Source: Cirrosporium novae-zelandiae (lineage: Eukaryota). Taken from it: DNA of 64,000 nt. Of the stretch, positions 48,579 through 61,783 are shown piece after piece. Location: NCBI GenBank assembly GCA_026023565.1, contig JAPETS010000027.1, positions 248,001 through 312,000 of the forward strand. The letters are read 5' to 3'. The notes below the pieces were generated by a model. It did no database searches. It was not told the DNA's origin and saw only the letters and a program-made list of their open reading frames with translations. Numbering within the stretch: the first letter of the stretch is position 1; each line of letters opens with the position of its first letter. Made by a program: the position numbers and the translations under genes.

Positions 48579-51438
48579 CTATCTTAAATGCCTCATCGCA
48601 AAGTTCTCTGTCTGACTTCTCCGCATGGCTCTAGGTTCCCACTGCGGCAACTCTTCGTTCGTATCCGACCTCACGGCCTGAGATCCTATAGTGCCCCTTC
48701 TGTCATCTAATCTCTGATCTGCCGAGTTTCTAACACCCTGCTCCATCAAGTCCTGGTCTTCACCGGCGTTCCCGACACTATTTCCTCGCATACGATTTAT
48801 GAAACGGTTATGGTGTGTATCCTTGGATGCACCGCTTCGGGCGGCTGATGCGGTGGAGGTACGGCGGAGGGAGAATCGGCCATGGGAGGAAGAAGATAGT
48901 CTAGCACCAGTTGCTACTGCACTGGCTTCATCCTCTTCTCTGATTGTAGCTTCACGTTCTCGGGAACGGGACGATGACTGATCACGAACTAATTTGGCCA
49001 TTCGTTCCGAAGTACTCTTACGATCTTCATAGATATCGCTTATAGGGTCGCCAGAAGAAACAGAGCTCATACCAAGAGAAAAGTCGACACGTTTAGCCAT
49101 TGTGGATAGAGACTCGCCACGCTTGCGAGAACTGCGAAGAATTGAAGGGTGCTGGTTGGCTACAGAGGATGTGTTTTGCGGATCGTGTGAACCATCGGCG
49201 GAATTCTGAGGTTGAGTGCCCGCAGGATAGTTGACAAAGAATGGTTGTTCTTGTTTCTGGCCAGGATACCGCATACGTGGACCTTCAATGCCGAGTTCTT
49301 GCATGGAGACCATCATTGCGCAGAGGAACTTGTTGCGGCGCTGAAGACGGAGAAGTTCATTTTGCCAATTGGATTTGTAGAAGAAGACAACGTTAAGAGT
49401 GATCGAGTGAGCTTCAGTGACTGCACGAAGCTCGGTCAAGATGTTGCTTTGATATTCACGCTTCTCCGAGATGACGAATTCCAAAAGGCGTTGACGAAGA
49501 GCATCAATTTGTTCGAGAGAGGTTCCAAATTTGATGATGATGGGAATTGCTTCTGCCAATCCACCAGAACGGCGCATGTTAAGAATGAAAAGAGTGTTAA
49601 GCTCGCTGTTCGGGGCTTGTACGACATGACCTTCCATCTTCTTGAATTCCGTATACAAGAGAGCGATTTCCTTGACAAAGTAATCGTCACCAGTCAATGT
49701 GCTTCCGGTATTCCCATAGATGGAGACTCTGTCACCAACATCAAACGGATGCTTCACAAATACGAAGATGATCGATTGTAAGAATTCCTGGGCAGTAGCA
49801 GAGAGAAGCCAGGAAAGAGCGAGGACAGTAGAGCCAGCAGACGTAAGGACTCCTGCGGCGGATGCAGACACCAAAGAAAGGAAGACAACCAGAGTGATGA
49901 TAACCACAACAAAAAATAAAACATCGTCAAACTTGGCAACGACCGAATCTAAATCTTTGAGTGAAGCAGTAATGGACTTGCGTTCACGACCAATTTCAAC
50001 ACAAACAGCTTCAAGTTCCTCCATAGAGATATCACCATTCATATCTTTGTCGAACATGGTAAATGCAGCATCAGCTTCATCGTCGTTGTCAAAGGCGCTT
50101 TTCAAGTCCCCGGAAAAGACGGTGTCGAAGCCATCTCGGACAAAGGTACGATAGAGACGTCGAGCTAGGACTTGGCTGCCAGAAGTGGTATGAAGGAGTG
50201 TTAGGACCACTTGATGGGGATGTGTACTCTTGGCCACTTTCCTTCCAGTGAAATCTCCAGCAATTTTGCCAGCAACATCACCAACCTTGTGGAGGACCTC
50301 CTTTGTGGCCCTTTGCGCATTTTGTGCCAACACTCCAGGAGTTCGCATTCCGGATCTTGGCCGGCTTTCATCGTGCTCCTCGAACTCAGAATCGTCCATA
50401 GCAATGCGCTCCTTTGAAAACTTATACAACTTTGCCAAACTCCCAATCTGAAATTTGTTGACCTCAATGCGATCTGCATACGTTCGGAGATGAAAGCTAA
50501 TGGCAATGAGTTGGATGATAATTTTCTCGATAAAGTTGAGAATGCACCCGACGAAAATAGCCACAAGGACCTTGTTCATGGTCCTTTCCCACTCTTTAGT
50601 TCTCTTGTCGCTATCAATATGGTGGTTTGTCATGGTTGGCAAAAAGGAAATCTCTACTCCGAGCCACCAGAAGAAAATGGTAGCTGGAACTTCGAGTTGC
50701 TTGCCCAAATCTCGCCATTTCTTTTCGTTGTTGGTAAAGAGACTTGCAACTACTCCTAGAGGCCATGGGATCATTTTAGCAGCAATCTGTAAATACTGTC
50801 AGCTTCTTATTTCATTAAATGATTAAATTCTAATAACTTACTCTTCCTCCCCATAAGGTGAGCCAGACAATTTCAAGCCATATACTGAACCAGAGGAGCC
50901 TGACGCCACCAACACTAGATTCCTTGAATAATAATGCTCCAAGTAACAGTGGGATAAGGAGAATGGCGAAGATTGGTACAATATATGTGAAATATCTGAT
51001 CAAGAAACTAGATTGATGGACTTTTTTGAAGAACTTGGCAGCACTGCTGGATGGATTCTCAGGTGGTCTATAAAGGGCTGTTCTCTCATGAAGAGGATTT
51101 GTAGCGATATCGAACTCATCGACAGGCTCGGTGTGGCGAGACCTCGACCGAAACATAGAGGCCCCTTCCTTATCCTTTTCAGATTCTGTATTAGAAACAA
51201 CCCGCTCAGCTTGGAGCATAGCCAGTTCATCATCCAGTCGGCTCTCCTTCTCTCTGGTCGCGGAAGGTGATGGCTGGACCTTGTCATGAAAATCGGTTTC
51301 ATGAGATATTTCCACCCTTAGATGGCTATGTTCATTGTCTCCGGCACTTCCAATAACGGTTCCATCTTCATCTGAGGATCTAGAGTTGGAGGTGTTGGGA
51401 TAGTGAGGTTCAGGGATTTCGTACACTGGGGTTGTCAT
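48579..51438 (-). CDS. MscS-like mechanosensitive channel with EF-hand (Msy1/Msy2/MscA type), 2 exons
   Basis: [20 protein letters not shown]-hand [42 protein letters not shown]; intron 50787-50841. Confidence 0.93.
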
Positions 51439-54400
51439 GGTGAAAAAAACGAAAGTACAGTCGAATTAGTTGGACTTAAACGGTAGTAGAGAATTCGAAA
51501 TTAAATGCAACAGCTTTCAGGTAGTAAAGTAATTGGCATATCACCCAGAAGAACAACCCGATAAAAAAGAATTTGTTGTAAAAAGGTATCAAGCCGGTTC
51601 ACCTACAGATAACGTCGGGTGATGGCGATAAGTATCTTTTCGGGAGGGGAAAATCCTGGAGGGTAGGATGATTAAGAAGAGAAAAACCTGACTGCCAAGT
51701 GCAGCAGAGAATAAGGTGCAGGATGATTAATAGAAAAGTGGATGAAGATCAAAGATGAAAAAAAGAAGATATGAAGCAGCGTGGGGGGATTAACTATGTG
51801 ACCTTCAGATCCATTGAAGACGCTTGGGCCTTTGGTCGAATCAGAGCAAGGACTGGATGATGGATCAAAGAACGAACTTGACTAAATTAACCAAGGGACA
51901 TAAGGACATGGCGAATTGCGACTAAAGTTGAATGCAGCTAAAAGAGTCGGTGGAGTCTTTTTGTTCGTGCCATGGAGTCTTGACTTGTTCCAAGCAAAAT
52001 AGGAGTGCTGCAGGATACCAGTAGGAGAAAGATATCAAGGACCCCTCGACACCAACCGCGTCAGTGGCCAAGTAATCGAAGCTTCAAAAGAGTTACAAAG
52101 TGGCTAGAACAAACTTTCCACACCAAGGTTGCCATCCGGAAGGCTTCCTTGAACTAATTAGCCCTATTTGACTAACAAGTTAAATGCCACTTAAGCACAA
52201 TTAACGTTTTCTTTTTCTTCTTTTTCTTGAGCGACTAAAGTACCTAGGTACCTACCAAGGTATCTTGGTATCGGAGGTATTGCTCGTATTATCGTCAAGT
52301 TACCATGTCGATCGGCCCACCAAGAATCACCTGGGTAAAGTGTGAATATAATAGTCCAACAATAAATTAAAGCAACCAGCCGAAAGGTGGATATTATGGA
52401 TATTGCTATTATTACTATTATTATTGTTATTATTATCGTCATCAATGCGTATTTTTTTTTGATCGATCATAGACCATCGCCTGAGTCCGTCGTCTTCGGT
52501 GTTGACCATTTTAAGGGTATCAACCTCTGATAGTCCAAGACAAGCGAAGTTCTTCGCTTCATTCCTGACCCACCCACCCACCCACTCTACCCACCACACA
52601 GTAGATTTTTTTATTGTTAATCTCCAGTAATAAAGAGGATGCGTGCAACAAAGATCTAATTAAAAAGAAAGATCAAAAAGTCTATTTAAAGCTCTTGGTT
52701 CTTAACTTATTGTTAGATGGTTATAAATTATATGAAAAATATATCATCCCACTGATAGTATTTAAAAAGTACCTTTGTACAGATGAGGTGACACATGCAG
52801 ACTGATACAAACTACACAAGCTCATCCCCTGCAGATTCCCAACCAAGTTCAAAGTACATTAGATTCGAAACACAGTTATATTTGAACTATACCTAGATAA
52901 GTCTAGGTACTCTTCTGAACCTTGAAGTTTTGGCTGCAGTGGCTGCATACCGCTTCGACGCCTTCAGGGGAAATCCTGAGATTTTATCCAAAACCCTGTC
53001 TACAAAAAAGCCACCCCAGGCCATCCAGTGCCATTTCAAACGCCTTTTGCCCTTTTTCGCCCCAGTGGCTGGATAGCCCTCCGTAGCCTATCCACCTATC
53101 AGACCCGTTCTTTCTTTCTTCCTTTCCCTGGCATGCTTTTTACTTCCCACTTTCTACTTTCCAGCTACAAGTCCTACGTCCACTATCCACTTTGCTTAGG
53201 GAGGTAGGTAATGTATTCCTTCCTTTTCTCCTATCACTGCTGTGAATTCATGACGGCATATTTTCTTGGCCGTCATCGCAAATGCATGTGTATGCAGTAC
53301 AGTATCAAACACTACCTTTTCATATTCTTTTTCGCTTTTGTGTTTCAAGAGTTTGATTCCAGACACCCTCAGTTACAAGACCATGCACCTATTGCCTAGT
53401 CCAGTCCTCTTGCCAAGGAAGAAGTAACTACCTATTTAATTACTGCTATCTCTTAACAACCCTTAACAATGCTTGGAACCCCAACAGATACAAAGTTTGA
53501 GGTGTGATACCTCCAATCATGAAACACATAACTTACATCCCACTCAGTATGCATCTTCGCTTGGAATACGAGATTTCATCATTCATTTGTGTACGTTGAT
53601 TAACTATCGTGGCTATCTGCTATGGTATCTATTTCCCAAAACTCCTTGCTTACTTTGCGGAACAAATAGAAAAATAGTGAAAATAATCCAAATGCAATAG
53701 TTGCATAAGACCATGCTGCGCAGATGGCAACAGTGTCCTTCAAAATATTCCATTCAAACGCTACATTAGTACTGTGGACAGGACAATAAATCCTTTCTTA
53801 AAAACAACTGAAAGATCCGAATGCCGATGACCGTACAAGTGTTTATTCATGGTCGGATCTAAGGATGGCTTGGGGAGCCTCCCGCCAGTTAGTACCATCA
53901 CAGATCAAACCCTACCGAGAAGTGAGCCACAAATACTGAGCAGTGATCACCTTAGTTGGTGGTTAGTAAAGTGAAAAAGAATTGCCTTTTAACTAAATAT
54001 TCTCCAAACTAATGTTGCTCTCCCCGACGTCCCGACTAAGCCCGCTGTCTATTTCTAGTTTGCTCCCAGTAAACTACATAATTCGTCATCCTTTGCCTCT
54101 ATCCATGAACTTTAGGAAAAGGCCAAGTTGGTGGGGCCCTGGCATAAATAGCAACGCTGGAACAAGCGTAAACAACGACAACTCTATGACGAATTACGAG
54201 CGCCTCGTTAAATTTCCCTGTGAGAGCCGTTCAAATGCTTCGATCGTTGACTTAGCCCCTACAAATGACTTTGCTGTAGGTCGCAATCAAGTTACAACTA
54301 AAACGCTCTCTACCAACAGCGCTCGAAATTTTGGCAAACCAAGGTGAAGAAGAGCATACAAATCGGAGGATATATCACACTAGTACAAGTCTTCGTGCCT

Positions 54401-55450
54401 GCTGATAGAAATAGTCTTATTAAACTTACGATCTTAAAGCTCAACACTCCTATCCATTTGCGATTATTGTTTAAACCAAAGTTACTACCCTCCGGCGCGG
54501 CCAATAATAGCTAAAACATATTCAATCTAGAGTAGATATATTACTATGAGTTGAAGTGTTGTATGGCTGTCTGGTAGTGGTCTAATGGTGGTGGTCTACG
54601 ATTTGACACGTTGGCAAGAAATCAACTGGATTTTACGAGGCTTATGTTTACTGGTAGACTGCCATTGTACTGGCCTTGTACTGGAGGAGTCATTTGAACC
54701 ATGGGCGTAGGATGACTGTTCTCAGCAGGCGTTCTGTCCATTGAGCGTTTCTCTCGCAAAATCAAGCAATTATCAGTCAATGCATTGTGGTGAATCAGGC
54801 TCCATTCTTTAGTAGTATATTTCAGTTCACTATATAAAGAAGTAATATAGATTATTTAATAAAGGCTAGTTTAGAATCACTAAACCAGCGACTTAGTCCA
54901 TCGGTGAAAGGGTTACCCCCCCAGCATTCTATATACCAGAGCTCTATTTCAGATCAAAATTTCCCCTTTCAACATTTCCATGGAAGTTGAAATGCCATAT
55001 TCTTACTTCGATATATTTTCCCCATCCTAGCTTGCGGTATGCTTGCCTATTCCTCCTAGTGGTTCTAATCCGATTTTAATGCATCTTATACTGTAGGATA
55101 AGAATGATCGCACTAGGTTCTATCAAAAAATAATTCTATAATCTCCGCGAATAATCTCTGGAGAAGTTAGTGTTTCGAAGAGGTGGTACGATCGTATGCA
55201 TCTACACATCAGTACGCCGTTGATAGAGGTTGTAGGTTGTAGTGGATTGTGCACTTTTCAGCTCTGGCCTCTTTCTGAATTCCTAGGGTGGTGTACCCAT
55301 CCAGAGATATAGTACAGATAGAAATATAATAGTGTAGATTTGATACTTGTTCAATTAGAAAATGCAATTTAAGAAATATGGCACCAAGCTCAAGTTTTGA
55401 CCACTTACTCTATTGACTTTATAATAATAGAGATATTACACAGTAACTAA

Positions 55451-55480
55451 ATGTTATCAAATGTTATCAGATGTTATCGG
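55451..55480. promoter_or_regulatory. Three 10-bp tandem copies containing GATAA (minus strand), about 250 bp upstream of the alpha-tubulin ATG
   Basis: atgttatcaa atgttatcag atgttatcgg read directly; a regulatory role is inferred. Confidence 0.4.
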
Positions 55481-55720
55481 TAGGCTGGGTTCCAGGTAGC
55501 TGACAATTCAGGAACAGTTTGGCGACTGGCTCAATGCAGACTAGTTTGTCAACAACACTTTGACCACCACAATCCATAGACCCCACACCGCCTCTGTGTT
55601 CCCCACGAGCACCTCATTTTCGCTTTCAACAACCTCTTTGCTTGAACCTCACGTACATACTTTCTTCCTCCTTTTTCTCATTGCTCCTGCAAACCCATTT
55701 GCTCCAATTATTCAGTCATC

Positions 55721-57443
55721 ATGAGAGGCGAGGTGAGTTCCTATATCCATCGTCCCTTTTTTTATCCCATCCCATATCAGATCTGTTTCAAGATCTTAAG
55801 CTATCTCATTTTGCATTAGAATTAATATACTGACTATGCTCTATCATAGGTGTGCCATTTGCACATTGGACAGGCTGGCACTCAGCTTGGAAACAGTGCT
55901 TGGGAATTGTAAGCGTTCCCTTTTCACCGCAACTTCACCTTTCTATTTCCTACAACTACTACATTCCCGTTGAAGGAAATAAACACTTATGAATATATAG
56001 ATATCTTCTTGAACATGGCTTAAAAGTTGATGGACGGCCTGATCCCGAGGCCAAGGACATTGGTGAACCTGGCTCATTCGACACCTTCTTCACCGAAACT
56101 GGGAATGGCAAATATGTTCCACGATCGATTTTTGTCGATCTTGATCCATCGGTAAGTTTAAAAAGATAATCCCCAAAATTGGAGTGCAAGACTCATTTTC
56201 TACCAGCCAATTGATGAGATTCGAACTGGTCCCTACCGGCAACTCTTCCACCCTGAGATGTTGATCAGCGGAAAAGAGGATGCTGCCAACAACTGTAAAC
56301 TATCACAAGTCTTAGATGACAAAAATTTTAGAAACTGATCCTGGTTATAGATGCTCGTGGACACTACACAATTGGCAAGGAGCTTGTCGACAGTGTTATC
56401 GACCGTATTCGTCGCGTTGCAGGTGAGAGGATTGTGAATCTCAAAACGTTTGATTTACTAATCGACCTTCAGATAACTGCAGCTCTCTTCAAGGGTTCTT
56501 GATTTTCCACTCCTTCGGTGGTGGTACTGGCTCTGGCTTTGGTGCTCTCCTCCTCGAACGTCTCTCTACCGACTATGGCAAGAAGTCGAAGCTCGAATTC
56601 GCTATATACCCTGCTCCCCGGGTTTCCACTGCTGTTGTGGAACCATACAATGCTGTTCTCTCGACTCACAGCACTATCGAAAACTCCGACTGCACCTTTC
56701 TTGTAGACAACGAGGCTGTTTATGATATCTGCCGCCGAAACCTTGACATCCCACGGCCAAGTTACGACCACCTGAACCGCCTTATCGCTCAGGTCGTAAG
56801 CTCCATCACCTCCAGTCTTCGATTTGACGGTGCTCTGAATGTGGATTTAAACGAATTCCAGACCAACTTGGTCCCATACCCCCGTATCCACTATCCTCTC
56901 ATTAGTTACGCACCTGTCATCTCCGCCAACAAGAGCTCACATGAAAGCTTCAAGGTCTCCGACCTCACCTTCCAGTGCTTTGAACCCAATAACCAGATGG
57001 TGGTTTGCGATCCCCGCAATGGGAAGTACATGGCTGTGGCTCTTCTGTACCGCGGTGATGTTGTTCCCCGTGACTGCAGTGTCGCTGTTGCTGCTCTCAA
57101 GGCCAAGACCTCCTTCAATCTTGTCGAATGGTGCCCTACCGGTTTCAAGCTTGGCATCAACTATCAAAAGCCCATGCGCGTGCCCGGCGGCGAACTCGCT
57201 GATGTCGACCGCTGCGTTAGTATGCTTTCAAACACCACGGCCATTGCCGAAGCATGGAGCCGTCTCAACCACAAATTCGACCTTATGTACTCGAAACGTG
57301 CATTCGTGCACTGGTATGTTGGCGAGGGTATGGAGGAAGGTGAATTCAGCGAAGCTAGAGAAGATCTTGCTGCGTTGGAGAAGGATTATGAAGAAGTTGC
57401 TAGTGATAGCATAGATCCTGAGGAGGAAGGTGAAGAGTATTAG
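55721..57443 (+). CDS. tubB: Alpha-tubulin, divergent tubB/alpha-2 type (6 exons)
   Basis: [47 protein letters not shown]-terminal EEY. The MRGEV start (rather than MREVI) marks the tubB paralogue. Confidence 0.95.
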
Positions 57444-58317
57444 AATGTGGTGGAATTGAAGCACCAACTAGGTAGATTTTAGTGGTGGTTTTGTGTTGGT
57501 GATACAATAAGCAAGGTAGTTCTTTAATGGCTCTGCAGACAAGATATGTAAGGGATGTGTCCGTAGGCTATCGTTATATAGACAGAGCTGGGCGAGCGTA
57601 ATACTGCGATTAGTGATAACCTTCTACGAATAAAGATTGATTTTGTTCTTACTACAACTTACTTACCTAGAGAGCTCTCAGGTTGCACAGACTTGTCAAG
57701 GATTTTGGTTCCTGAGTTAGGAGGCAATAATAGCCTAATTTAGCATAATTCTAATTAGACTATTTTATCACAGCACCACACACTAACTACTTTGTAACCT
57801 CCGACACTGTCCGCATTCACCACTCTTCCTCTTCCATTTCGACCAAATATATCGTCAGATTGATTTGGGGTTTAATAATGCTTTGCATGATAATATCTAA
57901 TTGATGCATCTATTTTCAGTCTTTACGCTTGGTATATTTGTAGCAGGCTACATCACTGCGAGGTGGGATCTTGTTACACGTTTAATTGAGTTGACCATTT
58001 TTGCCTGGCATCACGGTGTCATTGTGAGTCTCTTGTTGCACACTGATCTTCCTCACTAACTAGAGTACTGATTTTCTGTTCTTCTTCTATTAGAGCCGCG
58101 CTGCGAAAGGGTTTGCCATATTGACCATCTTTTTCGTCATGATCACAATTCCCTTCCAAAGACTCGGAGCACAAGAGGCCACTTTGGTATACCAGTCTGA
58201 TACTTTTTTTCATGGCCTCGGCTAACACTTGTCCCTCTACTAGCACCCTCGAGTAGTACCAGGCATATCTGCGCGCGAACAGTTGAGACGACGTGGTTCG
58301 TTCTAATATTGGAGGGG

Positions 58318-60508
58318 ATGTCATATAAAAATGAGCCATTACTGCGCGTCTTTTGGCCTTCAGACTTGCCTCGCTCAAGGTCCCCGGGGGTTATAATAGG
58401 ATGGAAGAATTCTGAGTCAGATGTCTTCGTTCTCGCTATTCTCGAAGATGTGGAGGTAATTTTCCATCAGCAGAGAGGGGTATCTTGGAATATCCTAACG
58501 CGCACACCAGTTGAAATCTGTTGAAAATGCTTTACGTGCCGGCATACTATATCGCAATGGACCACACCCTATTGCTAGAATTTTTCAGCTATGTGGCAGA
58601 CCTTCCATGCGCGTCATTGGGCTGAAAAATGCTAAGAGCCTATCGACAAACCTCAGCTACTCTTACCTCTATGCGTATACGAACCCAACGTCGAAATTTC
58701 CTTCTATCTGGTGTGAGGCTGACAGTAAGGTTACTGTGCAGATAATCATATTTGACAGGCCTCATCCGACAAGAATGCAGTACATGTCTCTAAACCCAAT
58801 CGCCCTTGCTCTAGGGGATAAGTATGTCAATATTGGGAAATCTGCGACGGAGCTTGATGGCCTTGATAGCCTTGATGCCGCAGAAGAGAAGGAGCGTGCT
58901 CGCAAATTGAAATTAGCTAATAAGCTTCGTATGCACACAGTTATAAGACACCAGTCTACCCAAAAGGAACTTTCTTTACCTTTGATTATCACTCAAGTTA
59001 ACTGCTCCTTTGAAATGGGAAAGTTGCTTGAGAAGAATGCTGGACTTGTTGGTACCCGACCTAAACGTAGCCTGAGCATGGGGGAAAGAGTGGTTGAATC
59101 AGCAACAACCTTATGGGATTATGCGGTGTTTGGACTATGGCATGTGATTACTGTTTGGGTGTACCAAGTCGTTATTGTTCGCCTGTTTACCTGTGGGCTC
59201 ATCTGTCATCGAGTAATAGCAGAAATAGTCCTCCGAATCCTGGAATGGCGAGCCCGCCCTGAGACTGCAGCTTTAAAAGACATATCCGCGACCGCCCAGC
59301 AAGTCGACGTTCGTCTCCAACAATTCTGCTACTGGCCAATCCAATACTTCACCCTCCGACGCCGAAAATACGACTGGGAAAGTGTTACTACTAGTCATCC
59401 AGATTACATCCGCTTCTATAATAGCCTCTGGCTGGTGGCTAACGATGTCATCATCGGCATCGGGCTTGGTTCTTACCTAATCGAGAATGCCCCCTGGTTT
59501 GCCTCCGTAATGAATGCTATACTCACAAAATACACGACCGAAGGCTTGCAACCTATGATCGCATGGTTAATGGGCTGGCCAGCGGGTTTGAAGCTCAACA
59601 CCGAACTCGCTGTCTTCCTTGGTGACCTCTTCCTATGGGTGATCCAATACTGGACTGGTTGCATCGCCAATCTTCAACCCCATCTTCCACAACTCATATA
59701 CTTTATCGGCTTCTCTAGCTTTGCCGGCGCTAGCATGCCAATTGCCCTTGTTAGCGACCTTCTCTCCATCCTCACCATCCACATCTACTATTTCTATGTA
59801 GTCTCGGCCCGCATTTTCAACTGGCAGCTCACCATCCTACTCTCGCTCTTCTACCTCTTCAGCGGTAAGAAGCGCAACGTTCTCCGCAACCGGATTGACT
59901 CCTGCGACTATGACCTCGACCAGCTTCTTCTCGGTACAATCTTCTTCACCCTTCTCTTCTTCCTACTCCCTACGGTCCTGGTCTTCTACCTCACATTTGC
60001 AAGCGCCCGAATGATTATCATAAGCCTAAAAGCTCTCTTGGACACTTGCCTCGCATGTCTAAACCACTTCCCCCTCTTCGCTCTCATGCTGCGCGTAAAG
60101 GACTCTCGTAGGCTGCCGGGGGGCATCAAATTTGAACTCCGGGATCCCCCATCCGATCTTCCTGCCCCCCCACCATCCTCTTACGCCTTTTCCTCCCTAC
60201 ATGCCCCGCCAACCTCGTACATTCACCTGAAATCAGTGCCCCTCCCCCTGCACACCATGTTCTCACAATACTTCCAGTTAGCACATCGAATCCGCGCTCA
60301 CTATCTCTCAACCAGAGTCATTTTCTGTCTCGCGACGGGGCAGTTTGTGCCGCCCATTCATCGGATGAATCTGTATAGTTTGCAGTATAGCATGCTGCCA
60401 AAGCAGAGGGCGGGGATTATGGAGGTGTGGAGACGGTTGACGGAGCGCGAAAGGGGCCGGGGTGGAAAAGTGTTTATTGGAAAGGGGTGGTGGGATAGGA
60501 GATATTGA
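58318..60508 (+). CDS. GPI1: GPI-GlcNAc transferase subunit Gpi1/PIG-Q (2 exons)
   Basis: LRVFWPSD..GVIIGWKNS (exon 1; intron 58456-58510); SATAQQVDVRLQQFCYWP; YIRFYNSLWLVANDVIIG; WLMGWPAGLKLN; GKKRNVLRNRIDSCDYDLDQLLLGT. Confidence 0.95.
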
Positions 60509-61092
60509 TTGATATTGGTTGGATGGTGGGAAATACAGGATACAAAAGCACAGAGAAGAGAGGTCTGGATTCATTTAATGTAAATATGGACTAAATAGCA
60601 ATGACAGACATACTTGAACATATCTTCAAATGCTTTGAACAATGACATGAAAGGTAATTCAACTAAAAACACATAGCTACTATAGGGCCGCGAAGGGCCT
60701 AGCCAAACACAAATAAAATTCAAAGAGAAGGGGGGGGAGACGCCCCAGAAGACCCAGACTTCTATCAATCAATCCAAAACAATCGATAAAACCATCCACC
60801 ACCAACCGTTAAAAAAACATCGCCTCCTAAGTTCATATGATCATATCAAATATATCGAAGGTTAAAGATATGAGACATCAGTCAAGTCCAGTCTTTTGTC
60901 GCGTTCCTTGCATTGTGTCCTACCCAGGATGACCGTGACCATATCCATGTAACTCCATCCCGGCCATGGCCAACCAAACCATAATTAAATCAAATTGACG
61001 CCTACGTGCAAGTTTGCTAAAACCGCAGATCCCCAAGCTAGCCTTCAGGCATGGCACCCATAACTGTACTGTTTGAGCCAGGCACCATGAAA

Positions 61093-61783
61093 TTATAAAG
61101 GAAGCATAGCTTTCGCCTCCTCGTCGGTAAGGATAATCTCGTGGACTGGATCGGGCTTGCGTTCGAGGGCAGAGGCATCAAAGTCAAGGTACGAAGGGAG
61201 AAATATCTCTAGAGGCAGCGTTAATACGAGTTCTTCATTCGGATAATGTTAAAATAGCGTTGGACTTGCCTTGGTTCCAGTCGAATCCCTGAGAAGCCTT
61301 AACGCAGGTGATCTATGTCACCATCAGCGAGATATTCATAGAGTTTCCTTGATATGGACAGAATGAAATGATACCTACCAGTCGAGGAGGACCGTCAGGG
61401 TGTCCGACATTCACTACCGTGTGCTCCTGTTGGGCCAACGAGGAACCTGAACGAAAAAAGCTAGTTAGCAACAGCCGAGACATTTGATGAAATAGCAAAT
61501 CATATGCAAGTTGCAAGAGTATATACAGTAGATTCCATATTTTGTTTCGGGATAGGACATGTCATTCCGATAGGGTCCACTCACTTAGCAAGCAAGGCCG
61601 AGGCTCATAGTAAGGCCCCCAAGCCGCCGACTTCCTCGGGGTAGATGATCCGGTTGAGGAAGATGAAGTTGGTGACTGGTGAGGGGTTCTAGGAGAGCTG
61701 GAACACAGTGGGAAGCTCGACCAGCTCCTATGTGACTGTGAAGAAGGGCTATCCCGACGAGGGATGTCGATGGACGCAGACAT
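61093..61783 (-). CDS. Small conserved-looking fungal hypothetical protein (4 exons; last intron GC-AG)
   Basis: MSASIDIPRR...RPCLLS|SSLAQQEHTVVNVGHPDGPPRL|ITCVKASQGFDWNQE|IFLPSYLDFDASALERKPDPVHEIILTDEEAKAMLPL*; exons join in frame. Confidence 0.8.

Noticed and set aside
49212..50154. Long antisense ORFs (189 and 144 aa) within the MscS-like gene, and similar ones in VPS1 and tubB
   Set aside because: Explained by codon bias of the sense CDS; no independent motifs.
54012..54347. 111-aa ATG ORF in the MscS-tubB gap
   Set aside because: No domain signal or coding-like features; compatible with chance.
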